DNA of 32,000 nt from Alkanindiges sp. WGS2144. GTDB lineage: Bacteria > Pseudomonadota > Gammaproteobacteria > Pseudomonadales > Moraxellaceae. The translations under genes and the position numbers were made by a program. Below are positions 16,010-27,510 of the stretch, piece after piece; positions within the stretch are counted from its first letter, which is position 1; each line of letters starts with the position of its first letter. The notes under the pieces were generated by a model. The model was not told the origin of the DNA and made no database searches. It saw only the letters and a program-made list of their open reading frames with translations. The stretch lies in NCBI RefSeq assembly GCF_043950625.1, contig NZ_CP171007.1, one strand, 5' to 3'.

Positions 16010-18463
16010 GTGCCAAAATTAAAACCTTTTAATGCGTTTAAAGGTCTGACAATAACTAAACCACTGGCACTGGCTGTTCATTTGGCACTGGCAGGCGCAG
16101 GCAGTGCTGGCGTGTATTATCTGGTATCGGATTATCAGCAGCAGCAAGCTGAAGCACAGCTTAATCAGTTTGCCAGGCAAGCCACCGCCATTATTGAGCG
16201 GCACTCACAAAACTGGCAGCAACAGTCCCGCTTGCTTGCCCAGCAGCCCATGCTACGCAGCACAGCCGTTCTCAAAGCGGTGATTCCAGTCGATGGCACC
16301 GTTCCGCCATCACTCAACTATGCAGATCAGGACTTGCTCAACCGGACCCGCACCGCCCCTACACAGCCAGAAATCAGCGGGACGGGAAATAAAGCACTGA
16401 TAAGTACCGCACTGGCTATGCCCACAGGTGGCTATGTCATTATTGAGTGGTCCATAACGCCATTGGCGCAGGACTTGCAAGCCATTACCCCAGACAATAT
16501 TCAGCTTAAGTTCTCACAGCAGTTAAGTGGCGCCAGCCCGCTCGAAGTGTTACGTATCCATAGTAACGGCAATGATGGAACACTCAAAGCCATTCCCTTG
16601 TCGACCAAGGGCTGGCAACTGGCTATTGGTCCGGCCAGTAGCGCAGGCCATTTACCACTGTGGTCAGCACTGATTAGCCTGCTAGGCAGCCTGCTGCCAT
16701 TGCTCATGTGGGGCTTGCGCAAAGAAAAAAACCAGCAGCAGATTGTCACTACCCTGCCCACACCACTGGATCAGGATGATTTCCCTGATCCATTATTCCA
16801 TAACCCGACAAATGTTATACCACCACAGCCAGTAGACCGACTAAACAATAACCCGGAACTCGCGCCGGATGTATTCGATGAGCAACAGGCCAGTGTAGAA
16901 GAAACTCCTTCAGTCCCGCCGGTTGCAGCAGAGGTTGATGCTACTGAAGCTTTTGACGAGCTGGATTTGCTACAACAGGAACTTGAGCAGCCCGTTGAAC
17001 CTCAAATTGAATCTCAAACCCTGGAATTTACCCTGGAAGACACCTTGTTGCCGGATGCTGAGTTGAATGTAGCAGCAACCAGTTTTCCAGCATATTTATT
17101 CCGTGCTTACGATATTCGTGGCTCCATTGACGACCTCAGCACTGAACTGGTTGGCCAGATTGGCCGTGCGCTGGGTAGCCAGTTACGTCAGCAGGATCAG
17201 TATCAGGTGGTGGTAGGTTACGATGCGCGAACCTCAAGCTCAAGCTATGCCAAAATTATCCGGCAAGCGCTATCTGACTGTGGCCTGAGCGTGATTGATA
17301 TAGGACAGGTAACCACACCACTATGCTACTTTGCTGCTGCCCAGCATGATGGTAATGGCATTATGATTACAGCCAGTCATAATCCCGGAGACGAAAACGG
17401 GGTGAAATGGCTGATTCAGCACCAGTCGCCCACACCTGAAAGTATTCAGGCATTAATGCAGCGTATTAACCAAAAAGACTTTGTGGAAGGCCTGGGTAAT
17501 GTACGGGAGCACACCTACAACGAAGATTACCTAAGCCTGCTACAGGATGATGTGCTGCTGAGTCAGCCCGTGCAAGTCTCGATTGATGGCATGCATGGTA
17601 GTGCAGGGCCGCTGGCTCTAGCCGCTTTTGAGGCAGCCGGCTGTACGGTGAGCAGCTTGAACACCGAACCCAACGGCATGTTCCCCAATGGAGCGCCCGA
17701 CCCCAGTAAGGCTGAGTACATTCAGGAGCTCAGTAATGATATCGTGATTTCTGGCAGTCAGCTTGGTTTTGCTTTTGATGGTGATGGCGACCGGCTGGTG
17801 GTACTGGATAGCCAGGGCAATGTGGTTTCCCCGGACTACCTGATTACCCTGTTTGCCCGTATGTGCCTTGATAGCAATCCCGGCAGTGATATTATTTTTG
17901 ATGTCAAATGCTCGCGTATGATATCCAGTATCGTTACCAGTGAGGGTGGCCGTCCAGTCATGATACGTACAGGCAATACCTTCTTGCGACAAGCCCTGCA
18001 TAGCCCGGAATACCAGGCCGTATTTGCTGGTGAGTATTCAGGCCATTATTTCTTTAATGATCAGCGCAGCCATGGTCAGGATGATGGTATTTACGCTGCC
18101 CTGCGCTTGCTGGAGTGGCTAGACCTGCGCGGACAAACCCTGGAAGAAGCACTGGCTGAACTGCCACAGCGGATTTCTACCCCTGACCTGTATCTGGAAC
18201 TGCAAGACATCAATGCCAGTGCGCTACTTGCCAGTATTGAGCAGGATGCCGCCCAGCTTGATGGTGCCAAAATATCGACCATTGATGGAATACGGCTTGA
18301 TTTTGATTACGGTTTTGGCATTATGCGTCCATCAAATACGGGCAACTACTTAACCGCACGTTTTGATGCCGATACCACCGACAACCTGCAATTCATCCGC
18401 TTAACGTTTGCCAACCTGCTACGTGAGCACGATGAACGGTTAGCACAACTGATACTTGAATAG
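16010..18463 (+). CDS. algC: Phosphomannomutase/phosphoglucomutase (AlgC-like) with a ~355-aa N-terminal membrane extension
   Basis: The C-terminal ~455 aa are collinear with recalled P. aeruginosa AlgC (FRAYDIRG, TASHNPGDENG catalytic-Ser loop, FAFDGDGDR Mg loop, FDVKCSR, GEYSGHYFF). GTG start at 16010 with AAGGAAG SD 7 nt upstream. No ATG lies near the start of the catalytic domain. The N-terminus has two predicted TM helices and an acidic/Pro/Gln-rich linker. Confidence 0.8.
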   Translation: MPKLKPFNAFKGLTITKPLALAVHLALAGAGSAGVYYLVSDYQQQQAEAQLNQFARQATAIIERHSQNWQQQSRLLAQQPMLRSTAVLKAVIPVDGTVPPSLNYADQDLLNRTRTAPTQPEISGTGNKALISTALAMPTGGYVIIEWSITPLAQDLQAITPDNIQLKFSQQLSGASPLEVLRIHSNGNDGTLKAIPLSTKGWQLAIGPASSAGHLPLWSALISLLGSLLPLLMWGLRKEKNQQQIVTTLPTPLDQDDFPDPLFHNPTNVIPPQPVDRLNNNPELAPDVFDEQQASVEETPSVPPVAAEVDATEAFDELDLLQQELEQPVEPQIESQTLEFTLEDTLLPDAELNVAATSFPAYLFRAYDIRGSIDDLSTELVGQIGRALGSQLRQQDQYQVVVGYDARTSSSSYAKIIRQALSDCGLSVIDIGQVTTPLCYFAAAQHDGNGIMITASHNPGDENGVKWLIQHQSPTPESIQALMQRINQKDFVEGLGNVREHTYNEDYLSLLQDDVLLSQPVQVSIDGMHGSAGPLALAAFEAAGCTVSSLNTEPNGMFPNGAPDPSKAEYIQELSNDIVISGSQLGFAFDGDGDRLVVLDSQGNVVSPDYLITLFARMCLDSNPGSDIIFDVKCSRMISSIVTSEGGRPVMIRTGNTFLRQALHSPEYQAVFAGEYSGHYFFNDQRSHGQDDGIYAALRLLEWLDLRGQTLEEALAELPQRISTPDLYLELQDINASALLASIEQDAAQLDGAKISTIDGIRLDFDYGFGIMRPSNTGNYLTARFDADTTDNLQFIRLTFANLLREHDERLAQLILE

Positions 18464-19390
<927 letters not shown>

Positions 19391-19552
19391 TAGTAAATGC
19401 TGGTAATCTGGCCTGAAAACCGGAGGTTCAGGCATTGCATAATCAGCCGTTGATGAGCCATGCTTTAACTCCCTAAACCGGTGACTGTCTTGGGGAGTGT
19501 TCATTTTTATGGTTATATATAGCCAGTAACCTGACACACCTATGGCGATTTG

Positions 19553-20395
19553 ATGTGTGAACTTTTGGGCATGAACTGTGCCACACCAACAGATATTAAC
19601 TTCTCCTTTAAAGGATTTTCACAGCGGGCGGGCATTACCTCCGACCATGCTGATGGCTTTGGCATTGCTTTTTTTGAAGAAAAAGCCTGCCGCCTGTTTA
19701 TTGACTGCCAATCCGCCGTGCACTCTCCCCTGGCCGATTTTATCCGTAATTATCCCATCAAGTCACGTAACGTCATTGCCCATATCCGTAAAGCCACTCA
19801 GGGCAAAATAGAACTGGAAAACAATCATCCATTTATACGTGAGCTGTGGGGACGACACTGGATTTTTGCCCACAATGGCGACCTAAAAGCGTACTGGCCG
19901 CATTTAACCGGTCAATTTATGCCGGTGGGCAGCACGGATAGCGAACGTGCCTATTGTTATATCTTGCAAGAGTTGCGACAGCGTTTTGGTAAGGATGAAC
20001 CCTCCCTCAAGCAGATTTTTGATTTTCTGGCTGAAGTTTCCCCAAAAATTGCCGAGTACGGTACCTTTAATTTTATCTTATCGAATGGTCAGGCACTGTT
20101 TAGCTATGCCACCACCAACCTGCACTGGATTGTGCGGCAGTGGCCATTTCAGCATGCCCATTTGGTTGATATGGATGTGGAGATTGATTTTAGTCAGGTC
20201 ACCAAGCCCGAAGACCGTGTGGCGGTGGTTGCTACCGCTCCGTTAACTGATAATGAAACCTGGCACCAGTTTCAGCCCGGCGAGTTAATCTGGTTTCAGG
20301 ATGGCAAAGTGCATCAAACTGCCCAGACCACTATTGAGCGCCTGCAAAACCAGACACAGCAGCCTGCATCCCAAGCAGTCGTTGTACCTAAATAA
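19553..20395 (+). CDS. Class II (Ntn-type) glutamine amidotransferase, YafJ-like
   Basis: MCELLGMN N-terminus. Ntn amidotransferases need Cys as residue 2 (Cys1 after Met removal), so the ATG at 19553 is preferred over the TTG at 19550. HNGDL motif present. Confidence 0.8.
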   Translation: MCELLGMNCATPTDINFSFKGFSQRAGITSDHADGFGIAFFEEKACRLFIDCQSAVHSPLADFIRNYPIKSRNVIAHIRKATQGKIELENNHPFIRELWGRHWIFAHNGDLKAYWPHLTGQFMPVGSTDSERAYCYILQELRQRFGKDEPSLKQIFDFLAEVSPKIAEYGTFNFILSNGQALFSYATTNLHWIVRQWPFQHAHLVDMDVEIDFSQVTKPEDRVAVVATAPLTDNETWHQFQPGELIWFQDGKVHQTAQTTIERLQNQTQQPASQAVVVPK

Positions 20396-20480
20396 TTATC
20401 TACCTCGAAATGTATACGCCTCACAACGCGTAGATCGCTAAATCCTGCCTGCTCACAATACATAAATTTTTGAAGAACAA

Positions 20481-20511
20481 TAAAAAAGCGCCTAAATTTT
20501 CATTAGACGCT
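20481..20511 (-). terminator. Rho-independent terminator downstream of clpX (possibly bidirectional)
   Basis: Minus strand: AGCGTCTAA-TGAAAAT-TTAGGCGCT (8 of 9 pairs) followed by TTTTTT. On the plus strand the same hairpin is followed by TGAATATTTTT, downstream of the amidotransferase gene. Confidence 0.55.
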
Positions 20512-20608
20512 TGAATATTTTTGCTGCCAGACACTAAGGTGTGGTGAAATTAGGGACACGCCCTAATACCCAATTGCTGTGCTCAGCACTGGCCTGCACC
20601 AATGCCAT

Positions 20609-21943
20609 TTAAGCACTACGTGAATGCGAGTCTACCAGCGTTAAATGCTCGGCTGAGTAGGTATGATCAGCCTTTGCAGGTTTTGGTAAACGCTCCGGGC
20701 TAATTTCCGGCTTGGCATCCTTGTTAATCACTGCTTCAGTAATATGTACCGTACCAATATCATTGGATGAAGGTAGGTCATACATGGTATCCAGCAAGGC
20801 ATTTTCCAGAATGGAGCGTAAACCACGCGCTCCAGTATTACGCTCCAGTGCTTTTTTTGCTACTGCCCGTAAGGCAGCCTCATCAAATACCAGATCTACA
20901 TCTTCCATATCAAACAGGTATTGATACTGGCGAATCAGGGCATTTTTTGGCTCGGTCAGAATCTGCATCAGTGCTTCTTCATCCAGCTCCTCCAAAGAGG
21001 CCACTACCGGCAAGCGCCCAATAAACTCAGGAATCAAACCATATTTGATTAAATCTTCTGGCTCAACCTCACGGAACAACTCACCCAGTTTCTTGGCTTC
21101 GTCCTTTTTCTTGACTTCAGCACTAAAACCAATACCGCCTTTTTCATGACGCTGTTTAACCAGTTTTTCCAGGCCAGCAAAAGCACCACCACAGATAAAC
21201 AGAATATTGCTGGTATCCACCTGTACAAATTCCTGCTGTGGATGCTTACGCCCACCTTGCGGGGGAATGGACGCCACAGTGCCTTCAATCATTTTAAGCA
21301 GGGCTTGCTGCACCCCTTCACCGGATACATCCCGGGTAATGGAAGGATTGTCACTTTTTCGGGTAATCTTGTCGATCTCGTCGATATAAATAATGCCCTT
21401 TTGTGCTTTTTCGATATCGTAATCGGCTTTTTGCAGCAGCTTTTGTACGATATTTTCCACATCCTCGCCCACGTAACCCGCTTCGGTCAGCGTGGTGGCA
21501 TCAGCCATGGCAAATGGGACATCCAGTACCCGTGCCAGCGTTTGCGCCAACAGGGTTTTACCAGAACCTGTAGGGCCAATCAGCAAAATGTTACTTTTGG
21601 ACAGCTCAACCATCGCATCCTTGGCACCTTGCTGGGCAGTAATGTTCTGGCTGGCCTTAAGGCGTTTGTAATGGTTATAAACTGCCACCGACAGGGTTTT
21701 TTTGGCAATGTCCTGACCAATCACGTACTGATCCAGCGCAGCACGGATTTCTACCGGCTTGGGCAGTGGCCGCGTTGACCAGTCATCGGTTTCCACCTGC
21801 TGGCTGGTCTGTACCAGATCAAGGCACACGTCTACGCACTCATTACAGATAAATGCATCTTCACCGGCAATCAGTTTGCTAACTTCTGCCTGGCGTTTGC
21901 CGCAAAACGAACAGTTTTTTTGTCCTTTAGGTAAATCGGACAT
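20609..21943 (-). CDS. clpX: ATP-dependent Clp protease ATP-binding subunit ClpX
   Basis: 444 aa. N-terminal zinc finger CSFCGK...ICNECV, Walker A GPTGSGKT, Walker [16 protein letters not shown] sensor. Confidence 0.95.
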   Translation of the reverse strand: MSDLPKGQKNCSFCGKRQAEVSKLIAGEDAFICNECVDVCLDLVQTSQQVETDDWSTRPLPKPVEIRAALDQYVIGQDIAKKTLSVAVYNHYKRLKASQNITAQQGAKDAMVELSKSNILLIGPTGSGKTLLAQTLARVLDVPFAMADATTLTEAGYVGEDVENIVQKLLQKADYDIEKAQKGIIYIDEIDKITRKSDNPSITRDVSGEGVQQALLKMIEGTVASIPPQGGRKHPQQEFVQVDTSNILFICGGAFAGLEKLVKQRHEKGGIGFSAEVKKKDEAKKLGELFREVEPEDLIKYGLIPEFIGRLPVVASLEELDEEALMQILTEPKNALIRQYQYLFDMEDVDLVFDEAALRAVAKKALERNTGARGLRSILENALLDTMYDLPSSNDIGTVHITEAVINKDAKPEISPERLPKPAKADHTYSAEHLTLVDSHSRSA

Positions 21944-22005
21944 GAGAGCTCCAATAGGTTAAATGATCAAACGCCTACCTTAAATACACATCAAGACGTG
22001 ACATA

Positions 22006-22617
22006 TTAAGGGCGTTTGCTAAGTACTGCGTCAACCAGGCCATATTCACGTGCAGCTTCTGCATTCAGGAAGTTATCACGGTCAGTATCCCGCGCAATAC
22101 GCTCATAATCCTGACCACTATGCTGTGCCATCAGACGATTCAGCTTTTCCTTGATTTGCAGAATCTCACGGGCATGAATTTCAATATCAGATGCCTGACC
22201 ACGGAAACCGCCCAGAGGCTGGTGAATCATGATCCGTGAGTTTTCCAGCGCATAACGCTTACCAGGTGCACCTGCATTCAGCAAAAACGCGCCCATGCTC
22301 GCTGCCTGACCCAGACAGGTCGTAGAGACATCTGGTTTAATGAACTGCATGACATCATAAATGGCCATACCCGCAGTGACTGATCCACCTGGTGAATTAA
22401 TGTACAAATGAATATCTTTATCTGGGTTCTCTGCTTCCAAAAACAAGAGCTGGGCCACAATCAGGTTGGCCATGTGGTCTTCTACTTCGCCGGACAGAAA
22501 AATAATCCGCTCACGCAACAGGCGAGAGTAGATATCAAAAGAGCGCTCACCACGGGAAGACTGCTCAACCACAACGGGCACCAGAGCATTGCTTACGGTT
22601 CCAAAATCAAATGACAC
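22006..22617 (-). CDS. clpP: ATP-dependent Clp protease proteolytic subunit ClpP
   Basis: 203 aa. [13 protein letters not shown], catalytic-Ser context [11 protein letters not shown], and IMIHQPLGG. Confidence 0.95.
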   Translation of the reverse strand: MSFDFGTVSNALVPVVVEQSSRGERSFDIYSRLLRERIIFLSGEVEDHMANLIVAQLLFLEAENPDKDIHLYINSPGGSVTAGMAIYDVMQFIKPDVSTTCLGQAASMGAFLLNAGAPGKRYALENSRIMIHQPLGGFRGQASDIEIHAREILQIKEKLNRLMAQHSGQDYERIARDTDRDNFLNAEAAREYGLVDAVLSKRP

Positions 22618-22754
22618 TTTATTTTTTCCTAATTCAACGGGCTTATTACAATGCTCACACTATGGCGGATAATCCCTTAAAATGCAAAGGGGGAATTTTA
22701 CTGCATTGTGAAAAATTGCTCATCAATTACCCGATTAATTGTCCAGAAACCTAA

Positions 22755-22779
22755 AACAAAAAAGGCGCCATAAGCGCCC
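22755..22779 (-). terminator. Rho-independent terminator of tig
   Basis: Minus strand: GGCGC-TTATG-GCGCC followed by TTTTTTGTTTT, about 25 nt after the tig stop. Confidence 0.55.
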
Positions 22780-22802
22780 ATTTTGTTTATTGCTTGACCA
22801 GA

Positions 22803-24134
22803 TTAACGGGCGGCACGCTGTGCTTGCTGCTCTTTGATCAAATCCTGATAGCTTACTGCCTGGTCAGTGACCTTGGCTTTTTGCAGAATGTGATCAACGA
22901 CCTGATCTTCCAGCACAACAGCTTCAATCTGGGCACGCTGCTGCTTGTCATTGCTGAAGTAATCAATCACTTCCTGCGGATCTTCATAAGATTGTGCACT
23001 TTCTTCAATAAATGCCTTCACACGTTCCTGATCTACAGTTAAACCTGCATCTTCCAGAACCTTGCCAATCAGTACGCCCAATTTTACAGATCGCTCAGCC
23101 TGCTCACGGAACAGCTCATCTGGCAGCATGTTCTGGTCAAAGTTTTGGGCACCTCCAAACTGCTGGGCAAACTGTTGCAGCATTTGCTGACGCTGACGGC
23201 CAATTTCTTCAGTGACCATGGCAGCAGGTACTTCAACCTCGTTATTTTCTAAAACAGCATTAAACGCAGCCTGCTTTAGTTGCTGGCGCAAGCTGTTTTT
23301 CACTTCACGTTCCATATTCTTGCGAACATCGGCTTTTAGCTTGTCCAGACCTTCTTCTTCGTTCACGCCAAATACATTTAAAAACTCAGCATCGACTTCC
23401 GGCAGCTTTGGCTTTTCAACCTGCTTGACATTGATTTTAAACTGGGCCGCTTTACCACGCAGGTTCTCTGCCTGATAGTCTTCCGGGAAAGTTACATCAA
23501 TCACTTTTTCTTCACCGGCTTTCATGCCGATAATACCGTCTTCAAAACCCGGAATCATGCGGCCAGAACCTAGCACCAGCTTAAAGTCTTCGGCACTACC
23601 GCCTTCAAATTTTTCGCCGTCAACTGTGCCTTCAAAGTCAAAAGTAACCTGCATGTCTTTTTTGGCCATGCCTTTGGTGACTGCCCATGTCTGACGCTGC
23701 TTGCGCAGGTTGTCAATCATGGTATCAACGTCTTCATCAGTCACTTCAGTGGTCTTGCGCTCAATGGCAATGTTTTCCAGGCCCTGAACGCTGACTTCTG
23801 GATACACCTCAACCGTAGCTTCATACACCAGGCCATCCTGATTTAAATCTACTTTCTCAATGTTAGGCATACCCACTGCATTGATTTTTTCCTGCTGAAT
23901 GGCTTCAAACACGCTATCACGGATAATATCGTTGATGACTTCCTGACGAATGCCAGGGCCGTAATCAGCACGAATACGTGACATGGGAACTTTGCCAGGA
24001 CGGAAGCCATTGATTTTTACATTTTTGGCTGCACGTTTCAGGCGAGCTTCAAATTGTTCGTCAATGCGGCTGCTTGGAACAGTGACATTCAGACGACGGG
24101 CAACGCCCGAAACCGTTTCAGTCGTAACAATCAT
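22803..24134 (-). CDS. tig: Trigger factor
   Basis: 443 aa. N-terminal ribosome-binding motif [10 protein letters not shown], central FKBP-type segment (GMKAGEEK), and position upstream of clpP-clpX. Confidence 0.93.
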   Translation of the reverse strand: MIVTTETVSGVARRLNVTVPSSRIDEQFEARLKRAAKNVKINGFRPGKVPMSRIRADYGPGIRQEVINDIIRDSVFEAIQQEKINAVGMPNIEKVDLNQDGLVYEATVEVYPEVSVQGLENIAIERKTTEVTDEDVDTMIDNLRKQRQTWAVTKGMAKKDMQVTFDFEGTVDGEKFEGGSAEDFKLVLGSGRMIPGFEDGIIGMKAGEEKVIDVTFPEDYQAENLRGKAAQFKINVKQVEKPKLPEVDAEFLNVFGVNEEEGLDKLKADVRKNMEREVKNSLRQQLKQAAFNAVLENNEVEVPAAMVTEEIGRQRQQMLQQFAQQFGGAQNFDQNMLPDELFREQAERSVKLGVLIGKVLEDAGLTVDQERVKAFIEESAQSYEDPQEVIDYFSNDKQQRAQIEAVVLEDQVVDHILQKAKVTDQAVSYQDLIKEQQAQRAAR

Positions 24135-24294
24135 GGCTTCCTCGAGTATGTATTAAATAGGTTGAGCTAAAATTTTAAAGTGCGCTAGTATAAGGCAAGC
24201 AACTGCCTTATACAAAAAAAAGCATGCAAAATGCAGTTCTTTTTGCCCTTTAACCCGCACTTTTTATCATAAATCTGCCGAAAAGCATGGATTT

Positions 24295-25209
24295 TTAGTT
24301 GGCATCCTGCACATCCGACCACCACGGATAAAATGGCGGCATTTTAGAGGCTTTTTGCTTAAACTCCGGCGCACGTTTTTCCAGAAAGGATTTTACCCCC
24401 TCCTTGCCATCATGGATACTGGTATAGAACATGGCCAGTGAATCCACCTGATGCGCATGCAAGGGATGCGGTGCTGCACTGTTGCGATACATCATCTGGC
24501 GAGCCAGCGCCAGCGCAACGGGTGAACGCCCGTCTACAAACTTATGCGCCAGTTTTCTGGCTTCATCCAGTAATTGTTCAGCTGGATAAACCTGTTTGAC
24601 CAGCCGGCCTTCCTTTGCTGTTTGCGCATCCAGAATCTCGGCACAATATACCCACTCCAGCGCCTGCTGTATGCCTACAATGCGTGGTAAAAACCAGCTG
24701 GAGCAGGCTTCGGGTACAATGCCCAGCTTGCCAAACACAAAACCAATCTTGGCTTTTTCACTGGCTAGCCGGATATCCATGGCCAGTGTCATGGTGGCAC
24801 CCACCCCTACTGCCGCACCATTAATGGCTGCAATCACTGGCTTTTTGCAATCATAAATAGCCAGCACTACCCGTCCACCGGTATCACATACGCCATGTTT
24901 AATATCGTCCTCATGACGGCGCTGTTGCATATCCTCCATTGAAGGTTGCAGGGACTCGTCCAGCCCGAACACATTGCCTTCACATGATAAATCCATACCG
25001 GCACAAAACGCCCTGCCCTCACCCGTCACAATGATGGCTCGAATGTCATCATCGTCACTGGCCTGCTCAAAAAAATCGATCAGTTCACTGGCCATTTCCA
25101 CCGTAAAGGCATTCATTTGTTCAGGCCGGTTCAGGGTGAGTACCATCACCCCGGCTTCATCCAGTGCTGTGCCCAGGGTTTGGTAAGAATAATTTGCCAT
25201 GCTATCCAT
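24295..25209 (-). CDS. Enoyl-CoA hydratase/isomerase (crotonase) family protein
   Basis: 304 aa. LNRPEQMNAF, GEGRAFCAGMDL and AAINGAAVGVG crotonase-fold motifs. Substrate unknown. Confidence 0.8.
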   Translation of the reverse strand: MDSMANYSYQTLGTALDEAGVMVLTLNRPEQMNAFTVEMASELIDFFEQASDDDDIRAIIVTGEGRAFCAGMDLSCEGNVFGLDESLQPSMEDMQQRRHEDDIKHGVCDTGGRVVLAIYDCKKPVIAAINGAAVGVGATMTLAMDIRLASEKAKIGFVFGKLGIVPEACSSWFLPRIVGIQQALEWVYCAEILDAQTAKEGRLVKQVYPAEQLLDEARKLAHKFVDGRSPVALALARQMMYRNSAAPHPLHAHQVDSLAMFYTSIHDGKEGVKSFLEKRAPEFKQKASKMPPFYPWWSDVQDAN

Positions 25210-25413
25210 GCTCCACGCGATTTATATATCAAGGTACAGTAGCTGGATCAAGGTATCATTGATCCAGGAAATCGAACCAGCAAGCCATGAAACAAGCGAT
25301 AATCCAGATACCGTGCCACTTTTTTGTCTGCCTTGTTTTATAATAAAAAACCTTGCAATAAGCAATCTCGGTTATGATAAGCCTAAATTTTTTGACCTGA
25401 ACCCTTAAGTGCT

Positions 25414-26073
25414 ATGACCCTACTATTTGTTGAAGATGACAGCATGATTGGCGAGTCTACCTGTGTATTACTAAAGCAGGCAGGCTTTAATGTACACTGG
25501 GCCAAAACCGGTACTCAGGCGCTACAGCTATTTGACAATCATGACTATGAGTTTGTGTTACTGGATTTGGGGCTGCCCGGTCTTGATGGCTTACAGGTAC
25601 TGGAGCGTATTCGCAAGGTCAGCAATTTACCCGTACTGATTTTAACCGCACGTGACCACATTGAAGACCGCGTATCCGGGCTGGAACAGGGCGCAGATGA
25701 TTACCTGGTCAAGCCGTATCATATTGATGAGCTACTGGCGAGGATTCGTGCGCTATTACGTCGCGCCAAGGGAGCAACCCAAACCGAGTATGTTCTGGGC
25801 GACATTAAAATTCTTCCCGCCGCGCATGCAGTGTATAAAAACAATCAGCTGATTGAGGTATCCGCCAAGGAGTGGTCAATTATTGAAACACTGGCCGCCA
25901 CACCAAACTGTATTTTTTCCCGTGAACAGCTGGAACAAAAAATTTCTGAAAAGCAGGATATGCTGCAAAGCAACACCGTAGAAGTGCATATTCACAATAT
26001 TCGCCAGAAACTGGGTAAGAACTTTATCAAGACCATTCGGGGACTGGGTTATAAAATTGGTAACCTGGAATAA
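25414..26073 (+). CDS. OmpR/PhoB-family response regulator
   Basis: 219 aa. Receiver domain (LLFVEDD, FVLLDLGLPGLDG, LTARD, GADDYLVKP) plus a winged-helix C-terminus (TVEVHIHNIRQKLG...IKTIRGLGY). Confidence 0.88.
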   Translation: MTLLFVEDDSMIGESTCVLLKQAGFNVHWAKTGTQALQLFDNHDYEFVLLDLGLPGLDGLQVLERIRKVSNLPVLILTARDHIEDRVSGLEQGADDYLVKPYHIDELLARIRALLRRAKGATQTEYVLGDIKILPAAHAVYKNNQLIEVSAKEWSIIETLAATPNCIFSREQLEQKISEKQDMLQSNTVEVHIHNIRQKLGKNFIKTIRGLGYKIGNLE

Positions 26074-26080
26074 AACCCAA

Positions 26081-27451
26081 ATGCCAAAAGCCACACATTT
26101 GTTTTCTCTGGTGAACCGGATTATTTTTCTGTTTGCCTCGCTGGTACTGGTGTTATTTTTAGTGATTTTTATTTTTGCCTATACCACCAGCAAAGCCGAA
26201 TATGAGCAAAAGCTATATTATAAAATTGAGCGCGTGGGAATTCTGCTGGAGCGGCAGCTGAGAAACACGCCTATTTATGCCTTTGAAGGCAACTATAAAA
26301 TTGGTGAAATAGACACCAGAATTAAAATAAACCAGCGACACTGTGACTCATCCAGGCGTTTAGCACCACAGCAAACTCACCTGAGTGCCGCCTGCGAGCA
26401 ACTATCAGGCTTTGTGGCACAAAAAATTTATAATGATCAGGTCGAGACCTATTTTTTAAATACCCGCAACAATAAGGTCATCCAGGTCAGCGTGCTGCAC
26501 AGTGACATTCACGACTATGTACTCAAGCTTACTAGCCGGATTTTGTTGCCCTACCTGATTGCCGCGCCAGTTGCCATTATTGTACTGTTTATATTTTTGT
26601 TAAATAGCCTTAAACCCTTGCGTTTGCTGGAACAGGAAATCCTGCGTCGTGCCCCAAATGATTTTACTTCGCTTCATACCCATCCCGCATCCAAAGAGTT
26701 AAATTCACTGGTCAGTGCACTCAACCAGATGCTGGAGCGTACTCATCAGTTTCAATTACAACAGCAACAGTTTATTGCCAACGCTGCCCATGAACTACGC
26801 ACGCCCCTGACTGCCTTAAGCTTGCATTTACAGATTTTAAAAAATGAGCTGGCCACTAACAAACATGAGCAGCTCATGTTTATCCAGTTGGAAGAGCGCC
26901 TGCACCGCCTGCAATTGCTAGTCAATCAAATGATGACACTGGCACATCAGGATAAGCTGCATACTGAACCATCACGCCAGCCGGTTGATTTGTCTGACAT
27001 CATAAAAGGTTGTGTTGAGCAGCTTTACCCTAGCATCGAAAAACAGGGCCTGAATCTGTATTTCACGGATTTTGAAAAAAGCCTGATTAATGCCCGTACC
27101 GATCAGCTTAATTCCATTGTGACCAATATTCTGGACAATGCCATTAAATATACCTCCAAGGATGGGTTAATCAGTGTGAGTTTAAAAAATCAGGCAGATC
27201 AGGTCGTACTGGTCATTGAAGACAGCGGCCCCGGAATTGATGAATCTGAATACCAAAATGTTTTTCAGCGTTTTTATCGCCTGAACAATGCACAGGATAT
27301 TATTGGCAGTGGACTGGGCTTGGCTATTGTGCAGCAAGCGGTACAGCAGCTAAACGGTTCTATTGAACTAGCTAAATCCATGCTGGGTGGCCTGGCGGTA
27401 ATTATTAAATTCAAGCAACCCAGAACCTTAAACAAACTGCAAAACCCATAA
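26081..27451 (+). CDS. Two-component sensor histidine kinase
   Basis: Two TM segments, H-box AAHELRTPLTAL, N-box NILDNAIKYT, G-boxes EDSGPGI and GSGLGLAIV. The ATG at 26081 is preferred. The track start at 26057 is a TTG overlapping the regulator gene. Confidence 0.85.
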   Translation: MPKATHLFSLVNRIIFLFASLVLVLFLVIFIFAYTTSKAEYEQKLYYKIERVGILLERQLRNTPIYAFEGNYKIGEIDTRIKINQRHCDSSRRLAPQQTHLSAACEQLSGFVAQKIYNDQVETYFLNTRNNKVIQVSVLHSDIHDYVLKLTSRILLPYLIAAPVAIIVLFIFLLNSLKPLRLLEQEILRRAPNDFTSLHTHPASKELNSLVSALNQMLERTHQFQLQQQQFIANAAHELRTPLTALSLHLQILKNELATNKHEQLMFIQLEERLHRLQLLVNQMMTLAHQDKLHTEPSRQPVDLSDIIKGCVEQLYPSIEKQGLNLYFTDFEKSLINARTDQLNSIVTNILDNAIKYTSKDGLISVSLKNQADQVVLVIEDSGPGIDESEYQNVFQRFYRLNNAQDIIGSGLGLAIVQQAVQQLNGSIELAKSMLGGLAVIIKFKQPRTLNKLQNP

Positions 27452-27510
27452 TCACCGGGACTTTGCTGATGTCCTGTATATTGCCCAGTTTATATTAGTG
27501 GCCCAGTCCA

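Noticed and set aside
21146-21778. 210-aa ORF antisense to clpX, plus other long antisense ORFs inside tig, argB, rep and the TonB receptor gene
   Set aside because: They are fully nested opposite strongly supported conserved genes and have low-complexity or atypical composition. These are typical shadow ORFs.
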